Positions 10,775-21,235 of a stretch of 64,000 nucleotides of DNA are shown in pieces. The translations under genes were made by a program, and so were the position numbers. The stretch comes from an uncultured Clostridia bacterium (lineage in GTDB: Bacteria > Bacillota > Clostridia > TANB77 > UBA1234). The notes below the pieces were generated by a model, which was given only the letters and a program-made list of their open reading frames with translations, had not been told where the DNA came from and did not search any database. The stretch's first letter is position 1. Every line of letters starts with the position of its first letter. The DNA lies in NCBI GenBank assembly GCA_944393265.1, contig CALXZO010000004.1, forward strand, positions 31,409-95,408, in the 5' to 3' direction.

Positions 10775-10996
10775 TTATTCGATGTTTTCATCTTTCTTTA
10801 TAAATTTAATGCTTATAAACTCTTTTGACTCATCTTCTTCAATAACCATCTCGTATTTTTCATTTTGTTCAACATCTTCATTATTCTTATCTTGCACGCA
10901 CAAAACTACATTAGTTACGATAAAAATCATTATAAATACTAAAGCTATTTTAATTATAAATTTATTGTTTGTTATGTTATTCTTTAAATTTTCCAC
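10775..10996 (-). CDS. small membrane protein
   Basis: 73 aa, one TM segment, GTG start with AGGAAAGG upstream. Confidence 0.5.
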   Translation of the reverse strand: MENLKNNITNNKFIIKIALVFIMIFIVTNVVLCVQDKNNEDVEQNEKYEMVIEEDESKEFISIKFIKKDENIE

Positions 10997-11079
10997 AATA
11001 TCTAACCCTTTCCTATTAAACCAATTTATTTTATCTTTTGTATTTTGGGAAAAGATTATCTTTTGTTGTTATCTCTATT

Positions 11080-11250
11080 TTACATTATCCAAGCTCTTTT
11101 TAATTTCTTTACTGAATAATACTTAACAATAAGCTCGTCTAGTAGTTTGCTTTGATCCATAACCTTTTTATGAGCTAAACCATAAGTTCTTATCAAATAG
11201 TCTAATTTTTCTTTTGCAGTCTCAATTTCCTCTATAACTTCCTTTAACAT
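11080..11250 (-). CDS. Spo0E-family aspartyl-phosphate phosphatase-like small protein (56 aa, not in ORF track)
   Basis: MLKEVIEEIETAKEKLDYLIRTYGLAHKKVMDQSKLLDELIVKYY...; two-helix pattern with an SxxLDxLI motif; GGAAGG RBS. Confidence 0.7.
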   Translation of the reverse strand: MLKEVIEEIETAKEKLDYLIRTYGLAHKKVMDQSKLLDELIVKYYSVKKLKRAWIM

Positions 11251-11289
11251 ACTTTACCTTCCTTACACAATCTTTCTTATATTGCAGTA

Positions 11290-11550
11290 TTATCTTGGCT
11301 CTACAATTAATTTTATCGCTGTTTTTTCTTCTCCATCAAGGACAACATCATCAAAAGCAGGTATACATATCAAATCCATTCCTAAAGGTGCTACAAAGCC
11401 TCTAGCAATTGCAATTCCTTTAATAGCTTGATTTAATGCTCCTGCACCAATAGCTTTTAACTCAACCCTTTTTTGTTCTTTTATAACTCCTGCTATTGCA
11501 CCTGCTATCGAATTAGGACTTGACTTTGATGATATTTTTAAGTTCTCCAT
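11290..11550 (-). CDS. spoVS: stage V sporulation protein S
   Basis: LKISSKSSPNSIAGAIA...AIGAGALNQAIKGIAIARGF...CIPAF...TAIKLIVEPR. Confidence 0.92.
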   Translation of the reverse strand: MENLKISSKSSPNSIAGAIAGVIKEQKRVELKAIGAGALNQAIKGIAIARGFVAPLGMDLICIPAFDDVVLDGEEKTAIKLIVEPR

Positions 11551-11687
11551 ACTGTTTCCCTCCATTCTACACTATTATAAGTCACAAAAAAATTATTTTT
11601 TCATTTCTTGCTAACACGACTAAATTATAGCATAAAAAACATATTAAAATCAATAATATATATTATTTTATAAGGGATTGATTAAAT

Positions 11688-11948
11688 ATGATTAGTAGAA
11701 AATTTGAAAATCTTTCAAATGTATCTGGCAAAAACATTCTTAAATACAGAAAAATCAATGGTTGGTCAAGACTTGTATTATCTAACAAACTAATGCTACT
11801 AGGCATTGATATAAATTACGATGGTATATACAAAATTGAAAATGGTAAAAGAATTGTTAAAGATTTTGAACTTGCTGCATTTTCAAAAGTATTTGGTGTT
11901 TCAGAATCTGAACTTTTAGAAGATTTTAAGAAAAAATTAGGTAAATAA
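11688..11948 (+). CDS. XRE-family HTH transcriptional regulator
   Basis: N.SGKNI.KYR...KIENGKRIVKDFEL pattern; divergent from spoVS. Confidence 0.8.
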   Translation: MISRKFENLSNVSGKNILKYRKINGWSRLVLSNKLMLLGIDINYDGIYKIENGKRIVKDFELAAFSKVFGVSESELLEDFKKKLGK

Positions 11949-11992
11949 AAACAACCTCTATACGAATTGTTAGTTCATATAGAGGTTTTGTT
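11948..11992. terminator. bidirectional intrinsic terminator
   Basis: aacctctata...tatagaggtt stem with A/T tracts between convergent genes. Confidence 0.6.
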
Positions 11993-12032
11993 TAGTCTTT
12001 CTATAAAATATGTATATTATCTTAACTTTTAT

Positions 12033-13164
12033 CTATATATTTAAATAAAGCTTTCCATTTTTATAATCAAACTCTACGCTTCCTTTAAAAAACTCTATCA
12101 TACTTGAAATTGTCCATTCATAAGGGACTTTATTCCCCTTTATTTCACTTTTCATATTTAAATCAGAATCTAAAATATATTTTTTCCCATTATACTTAAA
12201 ACTAGTTAATTGACCATTTCTACTTATTTCATAACTTTCAATCGATTTTATATATTTAATAACAAAATGTAATTGCACACAATAATCTTTTTTCTTTATA
12301 TTGTATATTGCACTCACATCCCAATCTCGATTACTACTATTATATTTTACTCTTTGCCCATCATTATATACAATTAACTCATTTGGTTTATAATAAATTT
12401 CTATTTCTTTTTCAGGAATATCATTATCTACAATATTATTATTTTTTAAATAATTCACATAATCTATTTTTACTTTTTGTATATAATAGTTTTCATCATA
12501 GAATTCAATATCATGTCCTATTTCTCCAGTAAAATCATTCAAATAAATTTGTGGATAATATATTGGAACTGGCATTGTTGCTGATGTAAAAACCTTTTTT
12601 GCATTAGTATTAATGTAATTATTAATTTTCAAAAGTTCATTTACCGCTTCATCAATCTGATGATAATTTTCTACTTTTATACCAAATCTAAATTTTATTA
12701 AATTTACACCATTATATTGATAAATCTCTTCATTGCATATTATGTTTGATTTCTTTTTATTCTTAATATATTCCTGCACATATTTTTTTATTAAATACTG
12801 ATCATAGTCAGTTTTTAATATAGAATTACTTTTATACGCATTAAATATAATTCCTTCTTCATCCATAAATGTGTATGCACCGATTCGGAGTAGTATTTTC
12901 TTCATTTATTTCTATACTAGGAGAAATTAAAACAAACTTCCCCCTAAACATATTTTCAAGTTGTTCCATAGCATTATATGTAAAAAAAACTTCTTTATAC
13001 TCTTTCATTTCTTTTGCAACTATAATTATAAAAAAAACAATAAGAAAAACTACTACTATTTTTGCAACAAAAAAGATAAGCAAACACCAATTATTTATCT
13101 TAATCCTTTTTTTAACTTCTTGTTGATGTATATTTAAGAAATTATTTGAACGTTTTTCTTTCAT
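12033..13164 (-). CDS. membrane-anchored hypothetical protein, +1 shift at CGG-T (12880-12882)
   Basis: ORFs 12859..13164 and 12033..12905 join as TPN-(C)GGT-AYTFMDEEG. Confidence 0.65.
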
Positions 13165-13300
13165 AATTTCTCACCTCTTTTTTACATTACTAATTAATAT
13201 AATTATATCACAAATTGCCTTTAAAAGCTAATATTTCCTGTGTTATGTTGATTTATGTGTATTTATATGGTATAATTATATAAATATGTATAGTTAGGAG

Positions 13301-13591
13301 ATGATGCTTATGAAGAAAAAAGGTGTTGTTATAACAATAATTATATTATTATTATTCATTGTTATAGGATATTTTGTGTTAAATTACATTTTGTCCAACT
13401 ATATGTTCGATGAAAAAGGTTTTCCTCACTTTCAAACAAGAAAGGATAGTCTCATTGAATTACGCACGATTATAGATACTAATATCCATACAGAAGAAGA
13501 AAAAATCGAATTTATTAATAACTGTTTAGAAAATAATCAAATAACTCAAAAAGAGGCAGACTTTTTATTGGGTATAACAGAAAAGCCTTAA
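13301..13591 (+). CDS. small membrane-anchored hypothetical protein
   Basis: 96 aa, N-terminal TM, AGGAG RBS, TGGTATAAT promoter upstream. Confidence 0.7.
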   Translation: MMLMKKKGVVITIIILLLFIVIGYFVLNYILSNYMFDEKGFPHFQTRKDSLIELRTIIDTNIHTEEEKIEFINNCLENNQITQKEADFLLGITEKP

Positions 13592-13602
13592 ATATGCGAA
13601 TC

Positions 13603-13672
13603 GCTGAAAGTTACTTTTCAAAGTAACTTTCAGCATTTTATTTTAAAAAAAGAGTACCATAGTGGTACTCTC
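13603..13672. terminator. paired terminator hairpins between convergent genes
   Basis: 15-bp IR gctgaaagttacttt/aaagtaactttcagc, then agagtacca/tggtactct. Confidence 0.6.
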
Positions 13673-13708
13673 CAAAAAAGTATGTGTGATGCAATACGCT
13701 AAATTATT

Positions 13709-14068
13709 TTAGTTACTAAGTGTAACTTTAACCGTTATCGTTCCAGAATTAGAAAAACGGAAAGTATATGTTCCAGCATCAGCGTTGTACACACGTTTTC
13801 TAGTAGTGCCATTACCTGAATATGAAACAAAATTCTGATAAGATGTTCCATCAGGTTTTTCGACAGTCACAAAACCAGCAACAGCTCCAGAGCTGTCGCT
13901 AAAGTCAAACGTAATGTACTTCGGTTCGAAACTTGTGGTAACAGAAAAAGTCTTCGAGCCACTAACAACGTACTCATTAGAGCTAACGCTACTAGCCGCC
14001 ATAGCCACAGTTGCCAAAACAGAACAAAGAAGCACCACCGAGATCAGCATTGCGAGAATTCTCTTCAT
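13709..14068 (-). CDS. small secreted beta-rich protein
   Basis: Signal peptide ending VAMA; visibly more GC-rich than neighbouring genes. Confidence 0.7.
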   Translation of the reverse strand: MKRILAMLISVVLLCSVLATVAMAASSVSSNEYVVSGSKTFSVTTSFEPKYITFDFSDSSGAVAGFVTVEKPDGTSYQNFVSYSGNGTTRKRVYNADAGTYTFRFSNSGTITVKVTLSN

Positions 14069-14245
14069 AATATTTCAATCCTTTCTGCCGCTTGTTGTTA
14101 TCAAAGCACCACACACACTTTGATGGCATATTTATAAAAGCTATTTTCCTCTTAAAAACCATCATCTACTTAATTATTAACACTGCTTTAATATACTATA
14201 ATATAAATTTGTAGTAAAGATATTTTCATCGACATAATTCGACAT

Positions 14246-15617
14246 TTATTCTAATATCGCATTCCACATCTCATTAAATTGTCCATCCATCATTTCTTCA
14301 ACCTGTTTTCTTTCAGACCTATTCATATCGTATTCATCCATCATTTCTTCCAATGTTAGAGCTTTTACATTTATTATAAGCCTTGTTTTTGTCTTGGTTT
14401 TAGTAACTTGATTTCCATTTTCATCTGTTGTTGTATATCTTACTTTATATGTTTCAGTATAATGTTCGACTTCAACTACATTCCAGAATATCTCACTTAA
14501 TTTCTTATAGTTATGTTCTTTCATTTCCATTATATTAAACTTTGTTTCTCTATTAGTAGTTATAACTGCATAAACAGATAAAACTTCTCGCCATACAACA
14601 TTCCTGTTTTCAATTCTCATTGTATCATAATCTGTTGTTGCTTTTATCAATGCTATTTTATCTTCTATTTCTTTATCTAAAAAATTTACTGCAGAATTTA
14701 CTGACATATTTTCTTCTGTTTTTGGTGTTTCATTTGAAAATAAAAATCCAAAGGCAGATCCAAACATTCCTGCCATTAAAACAATTATCATAATAATAAG
14801 TACAGCAAATCCACCTCCAGAAGCTGCTAACATTCCTATTCCTTTTAGTCCGTTTTACTATTTTCTTTCCTATATCAGCAATTACCTTTCCAGTCTTTTT
14901 AGTTATTTCTTTTATTTTTCCTGTATTTTGTTTTAATTCTTGTACTTTTGACTTTCTCATTAAATAGCTTGGAGTAAAAATATTTGGTGTTTCAATAGTT
15001 TTTAAGCTCGAATTATTTTTTATCTTATCTCTGGTTTTAATTTTTAATAAATTATTATTTTCTTTTATTCCTGCATCTTTTATAGAATGTTGTTTTATAT
15101 TTTTATAATTTTGTTTTTCTTTTACTAATTTCTCTATTTGATATTTTTGCGTTATAGGGACATTATTTACTTCTGTTTCACTTAAATTTCTTGTTTTAAT
15201 CTTATTTATTCGCTCTTGCTTTGAACTATTTTTCAAATGTTCTTTTCCCTTAATGTTATTTCCTGTATTATTACTAGAGCTATTATAAGTATCTGCTATT
15301 TCTTCTTGCTCTTTTTCAGCATTATCTTTCTTTGATTTATTTTCAGCCAACTTCATTTTTACTTTTTTATATGTTGTTTTAGAAATATCAGTAATTAAAT
15401 ATGCACTTTCTCTTGTAACTCTATCGCTTCCTCTAATTACTTTACTTGTAGCATAATTTGTAGCACTAACATTATCTGTTGTTTGGTCTTCTTGTTCCTG
15501 TAATTTCTTGTGTTGTTCTATTAAATTTCTTTTTACTCTTGAAGTAAAAGCTATTCTCCTATCTAATTTTCTAATAGAGTGAGTATCTTTTTCCTTTACT
15601 TTTATATCTTTAGGCAT
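14246..15617 (-). CDS. ICE conjugation-associated membrane protein (non-catalytic part of the VirB1/NlpC-type gene), +1 shift at CGG-A (14850-14852)
   Basis: Directly after virB4; joins as KKIVK-(C)GGA-LKGIGMLAASGGG followed by a TM segment, SAFGFLFSNE and WREVLSVYAV. Confidence 0.7.
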
Positions 15618-15686
15618 ATTACACCTCACTTTCTGATAATAAAAAATTCGCCACCTAATAATCATTGATTATTAAGTGGCATCTTA

Positions 15687-18009
15687 TTATTTAATATTAG
15701 GTTTCGTATTCATAAGTTTATACAATTTCGTGTTCTTTGGAAATTCATTTATAAATGGTATTAAGCTACTTCCTATTTTTATTAGTCCTTGTCCACTTCC
15801 TACATTCGTGATATAAGATAATTCTTGCTCTGATATATTAAGTAGTTTGGCAAGTTCTAGTCTATCTGTACTTGCTTGATTAAGCATTATAATAAACTCA
15901 CTATTTGCAAGCATCGTACGAGCTACGTGGCTTTGTAATAGATCTTCAAGATTTTGAGTTATACCGTGTGCAGAATGCACCATATTTTCTTACTCTTTTC
16001 CATAATGTAAATAAAAAGTTTGCTGAATATTCGTGTTGGAATAATAAATAAATTTCATCTATAAATATAAATGTACTTTTACCTTTTGCCCTGTTCATAG
16101 TAATCCTATTTAATATACTATCTAAAACAACTAACATTCCTAATCCTTGTAACTGCTTTCCAAGTTCTAATATATCATAGCAAATAAGTCTATTTTGTGT
16201 ATCTACATTTGTTTCTTTTGCAAAGGTATTCAAACTACCATCTGTAAAAAGCTCTATTGCAAGTGCAATATCTTTGGCTTCTTTTTCATTTTGTCTTAAT
16301 AGTTCTTTTCTAAATGTTTTTAATGTAGGCACTTCCTTTTTATAATCACTTTGTATGTATTCTCTATAGACATTCGCTGTACATCTATCAATTATAGATT
16401 TCTCCTTTGCACCTAAATGCTTTCCTCCTATAAGTTGTTCGCATAAAGACAAAATGAACTCTGACTTTAGGATTACAGGATTTTCTCCATCTCCATAAGT
16501 AGAGTTCATATCTAATGCATTTATATGATTCTTACTAGTTGCTGAAATATTTATAACTTCGCCACCAAGTGATTTAACAAGTGGAGCATACTCGCCCTCT
16601 GGATCTATAACTAAAATGTCTGCATTAGGTTCTCTTAACATTATTGAAGTTATTTCTTGCTTTGCAGTAAAACTTTTACCACTTCCAGATACACCTAGAA
16701 TAAATGAATTACCATTTAAGAGTTTTCTTCTATCTGCAATTATCATATTTTTTGATATAACATTTTGACCATAATATATACCTTTTGCATCATTTACTTC
16801 TTGTACTCTAAAAGGCATTAAAACTGCTAAACTTTCTGTTGTTAATGTACGAAGTGCATTTATTTTTCTTCTTCCTATTGGAAGTGTTGTATTTAATGCT
16901 TCAAGTTGTTGATATTTTAAAGTTGCAAATTGACATAGATGTTTTCTTCCTATTGCAAGTAAAGTTTCGGTATCACTATCAAGTTCTTCTTTGGTATCAG
17001 CAGTATGTATAAGTGTAACTACTGCAAGAAACATTCTCTGGTCTCTTGTAATTAAATCATCCAAAAATTCTTTGCTTTCTTTTCTCTGTTGTTCCAAATC
17101 ATACGGAATAACTGCTGAAAAGTTATTATTAGCATTTTGTCTTCTTTGAAAATTTGTAATATTTGTTTCTACACCTAATCTTCTATTTTCAGCCTCTCTT
17201 ACTGCCTCATCCATAGGTACTGATAAAAGGTTTATACTTAATAGCATATTCTTGTTTAAATCAGTTAATTCAGCTATCATACTATCTTTAATAAATGTTG
17301 CATACTCTTTTAAAAATAACACTCTGGCATATCTATTTCCAATTTTTATATAGTCGCTTTTTATTTCAATACCATCTGGACATATATAGTCTTTGAAGTC
17401 ATGTCCTTTTTTCATACTTGATGTAATATCAAAATTAAAATCTGAATTATCTAATGGTCGATAAAAATCGTGTAATATTCTTAACCTATCATTACAATTT
17501 TGTTCAATACATTTTGAATTGATTTCTGCTAAATGTGTTGATAGTTCAATTCCTACTCTTGTAAAATAAGCTCTTGCATCTTCAACTGACTTTTTCTCAA
17601 TTGTAGTTGTTAAGAATTTCTCTTGTATCATTCGATTAGAATATTCAGCTTTGTCATTTAACATTTTGTTATATTCTTTTCGATATATATCTAAATTATC
17701 ATTGTTATCTCCTATCTGTAACTTATCAAAATCACTCTTATTAAGCTTTCTATTCATTATAGTAATCTGACTATCTGCTCCACTATCTAGTGAATTTAAT
17801 AATTCAGAATATTTTAAAAACATTTCTTCCTTATCTTCCTTATTCGCAACTGCATAATTTACATCAGTAAATTTATATGTCTTTGAATAATTATTTTTTC
17901 CTAAATAAAAAATGCCATCTTTATAAATTCTTTGAACTGGAATACAGTCTTGAATTTTAGATGGCACTTTAAACTCTATTTTTTCTTTTTTCTTTTCTAG
18001 AAATTTCAT
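15687..18009 (-). CDS. virB4: VirB4/TraE-type conjugation ATPase, +1 shift at CGG-T (15964-15966)
   Basis: Walker A GVSGSGKS, IDPEGEY, FIDEIY; joined RKYGAFCT-(C)GGT-ITQNLEDLL restores the family C-terminus. Confidence 0.9.
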
Positions 18010-18376
18010 CTTCTTTTATACCTCGCTTTCTTAATTTTTCAAAAGTAGCTTTAAGTAAATTATCATAATAATTATTACATTGAAATTTCAACTCTTTTGG
18101 CATTAGTATTTCAGATTTTATAAATTGAACTATAAATTGTTCTGCGTTCATTCCGTTATATGTTACAAATCCCAAAACTGCACAAGGTGTAGCTCCTAAT
18201 ATACACATCCAAGAAAGTTCACTTATTGCAAAATAAGGATTTAAGATGAAATACAATATTACTGCAATTATACAAGCTAATAATGAGAAAACAAATTGTC
18301 TTAATGTTAAGCCGAAGAATACACTTTCTGTATAGTTTCTTATTTCCTTATTTATTTTAACTTCCACAAATATCAC
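17969..18376 (-). CDS. prgI: PrgI-family conjugation protein
   Basis: EVKINKEIRNYTESVFFGLTLRQ, two TM segments, YNGMNAEQF; directly upstream of virB4. Confidence 0.85.
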   Translation of the reverse strand: MIFVEVKINKEIRNYTESVFFGLTLRQFVFSLLACIIAVILYFILNPYFAISELSWMCILGATPCAVLGFVTYNGMNAEQFIVQFIKSEILMPKELKFQCNNYYDNLLKATFEKLRKRGIKEDEISRKEKRKNRV

Positions 18377-19134
18377 TACCTTTCATATCCTTTTTTATTC
18401 ATAACCTTATTTATTTCTGCTGTAATTAAATTCTTTACTATCTTAAGTTTCTGACATTCTTCATTAAATTTATCTTCATATCCCTCTTTTGGTTTTCTTA
18501 TAAATCTTCCATCTGAATAGCAACTTATATTATGCATTATCATATCTTTTGTTTCTTCTAAAAATTCTAAAGTTGTTATTTCTTTATCTTCAACATACAA
18601 CTCTATTATATTAGTAAAATCTTGTTCATTTTTCACTTTATCAAATGTTATATCATTATCAATACAATATTTTATATACTTTTGCATTCCTCTATCTGCT
18701 TTTACTTCTTCTGCATCATATCCGTTTGATATATCTTCCCATATAGCACTATGTGTTCCTATATCTGCCCATCTAAGCTCGTATCCTCTTGCAAGATAAT
18801 CATATAAATCTTGTTTAAAAGAAAAATCCCATTCTGGATAACTTTCTGTTTTATCTGGGTCAAAAATATTTACATTATAATATGTATCCCAATTATAATC
18901 ACTCATTGAAACTATTACTTCATTTCCATCTCTACTATTTTGCAATATGTATCCATACGAATCTGGATTCATATCTTCTGTTTCATTTGCAATTTCTCTA
19001 ACTAAATTTATTATATGTTCTTTAAAAGTTTCGTCATATTCTTGTTCAGTAATATAAAAATACGATTTCAAAAAACAATCTTTAGTTAAAATTTCTAAAT
19101 CTCTTATTTTTTCTTTATCATCAATAAAACTCAT
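18376..19134 (-). CDS. hypothetical protein (paralog of the upstream ORF)
   Basis: 252 aa; shares WD.SF...TH.AIW.D...GMQKY.KYC.DN.IT with 19134..19952. Confidence 0.7.
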   Translation of the reverse strand: MSFIDDKEKIRDLEILTKDCFLKSYFYITEQEYDETFKEHIINLVREIANETEDMNPDSYGYILQNSRDGNEVIVSMSDYNWDTYYNVNIFDPDKTESYPEWDFSFKQDLYDYLARGYELRWADIGTHSAIWEDISNGYDAEEVKADRGMQKYIKYCIDNDITFDKVKNEQDFTNIIELYVEDKEITTLEFLEETKDMIMHNISCYSDGRFIRKPKEGYEDKFNEECQKLKIVKNLITAEINKVMNKKGYER

Positions 19135-19952
19135 TATCTTTCCCTCTCTTTCTTTTTAGGTTCTTTATAAAATTTTGTTACATCAACAAGATTTCTTTGA
19201 TTTGTTGCTTTCTCAAGATATTCCTTTGTAATGCCATTATCTTTACAATATTTCAAATATTTTTGCATTCCTTTACTATATTCAATATCTTCTGGATACA
19301 ACTTTTTCAAATCTGTCCATATTGCTAAATGAGTTTCGTCTGTTATATATATAGGTTCCATACCTTCTTGTAAATCTTTAAACAAGTATTCATCAAAACT
19401 ATAATCCCAATCTAAAGCATCCTTAAAATCATTTATATATGGATATATAACGTTTCCACCTTCTCCATCTTCTCTCGTTGCAATAACTTTTGAATTTTCT
19501 AAATTATTTTTATCTACTAATACAATTTCTATATTCATATTGTACATTTCAATTTCATCAAGCATCTTTTTTGATTCATTTATCATAAAATCTCTTACTT
19601 CATTTTCGTTATAAACTCTATTCATATCTTTTCTCTCCTCACTTTTTAAATTTTTCTCTATTCTATTCATATATATTGAAGCAATATTTTTAAATCTTCC
19701 ATACTGATAATCATCCTTCATTTCGTTTGATATATACTTAATAATCTCAACTATTTGCTTATCAGTTAATGGTCTAGATTTAACTTTTTCTAACTCCATT
19801 TGTTCTTTTAATCCACCTAATGATAACTTTAATGGAGTAGCACTTAAATATTTTAATTCTACTAAACAACTAGCTAATGCTTCTCTATATTCTGTATCTA
19901 ATTCACTCAAATCTTCTTCGATTGTATTTATTGTAATTTCCATTTTTCTCAT
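19134..19952 (-). CDS. hypothetical protein
   Basis: 272 aa, GAAAGGA RBS, basic KKKERER tail. Confidence 0.7.
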   Translation of the reverse strand: MRKMEITINTIEEDLSELDTEYREALASCLVELKYLSATPLKLSLGGLKEQMELEKVKSRPLTDKQIVEIIKYISNEMKDDYQYGRFKNIASIYMNRIEKNLKSEERKDMNRVYNENEVRDFMINESKKMLDEIEMYNMNIEIVLVDKNNLENSKVIATREDGEGGNVIYPYINDFKDALDWDYSFDEYLFKDLQEGMEPIYITDETHLAIWTDLKKLYPEDIEYSKGMQKYLKYCKDNGITKEYLEKATNQRNLVDVTKFYKEPKKKERER

Positions 19953-19965
19953 AAATCATCCTTTC

Positions 19966-20803
19966 TTATGTTCCAAACATTTCTTTTACAACACTATCTG
20001 CCATTCTAATTGTTCCAACTAAAACTAACATATTGAAAACTAACTCTCCAAGATATGACCATACTTGTGTAACTGCAGCTAAACTTTCATCAACTGCTGG
20101 TGGACTAGATGCAAATACTGAAAAGATTACACAAGCCAGTACAATTATCGCTCCCTCCAAACAAACTGCACAAAATGATTTTAAGAAAGTCTTTCCAACA
20201 TTTTGAGTAGGCTCTCCTGCAAATGTCGATAATGGTATTGGTGCAATTGCTGTGTACATATACAACTTAAAGAATCTTCCATATACACTCATTATCATAA
20301 TGAACGACAATACAGTAACTAATAATCCTCCTATCAATGTTACTGCCCATAGTGGTATGCTTTCCAAAAATCCACAAGATTCAATAGCGGTTACCATAGC
20401 AGACGGTAATATACTTTCAGCAATACTTCCCATTCCTGCATTGTTCATTATCGTTCCTATAACTCCTTGTGCTATTGTAAAAACAGCCATCATTAGCTCC
20501 ATACCATAAGTTATTACTGCTTTTGCTAATGCAAATCTTACAAATAATTTAAGCACTTGTTCTGGTCGCTTTACCTCTGTAAATGAACCACAAGTTTTTA
20601 TTACTCCAGTAACAAAAAATAGAACAAGTAATGCAAAACCTATTGCTTGTAATGCACCGATGAATATTAGTTACAATATCCCAGATTGCACCACCTTTAA
20701 ATGCTTGAGGAGAAGTTGTAAGTAAAGTCCATATCTCTGATAGTTTTTCATTCCAGATATTTAGAGCATACTCTAAATTCTGTACAATCCAATTTTCTGA
20801 CAT
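19966..20803 (-). CDS. VirB6-like polytopic conjugation membrane protein, +1 shift at CGG-T (20657-20659)
   Basis: Joined TNIH-(C)GGT-ALQAIGFALLVLFF...KRPEQVLKLFVRF is open; YGRFFKLYMYTAIAPIPL. Confidence 0.85.
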
Positions 20804-20824
20804 CTCACACCTCCTAATAAATAG

Positions 20825-20853
20825 TTAGGCAGATACTTTTAATATCTGCCTAA
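20825..20853. terminator. intra-operon hairpin after the pilin-like gene
   Basis: ttaggcagata/tatctgcctaa 11-bp IR. Confidence 0.5.
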
Positions 20854-20863
20854 TGATTTAAAA

Positions 20864-21235
20864 CTAGCCACCTACAATTATATTCAATATCTCTTTTGCA
20901 AATGTTATTACAACACCACCTGCAAGTGTCATAAAACCATTTGCTCTTTGTGATGGGTCGTGTGATTTTAAAGATAAACCTATTTGCACTACACCAAATC
21001 CTAGTAATATCATTCCTATTGCTCTAATCAACCCAAATATAAATTCTGATAAATTATTTACAACTGTTAATGGATCACCACCACCAGTTGCATAAGCTAC
21101 ATTCGACACACATAAAAATAGACTTCCTACTGTCATCATAATTGTAAGAAGTCTTGATTTTTTCTTATTATTCATTTTCATCATTTCTTGATTCTCCCTT
21201 TTCATTATTTTCTTGTTCAAATTTTCTTTCTTCAT
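20864..21235 (-). CDS. VirB2/Maff2-like small conjugation membrane protein
   Basis: DPLTVVNNLSEFIF...GLSLKSHDPSQRANG; lies between virD4 and the virB6-like gene; start uncertain. Confidence 0.7.
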   Translation of the reverse strand: MKKENLNKKIMKRENQEMMKMNNKKKSRLLTIMMTVGSLFLCVSNVAYATGGGDPLTVVNNLSEFIFGLIRAIGMILLGFGVVQIGLSLKSHDPSQRANGFMTLAGGVVITFAKEILNIIVGG

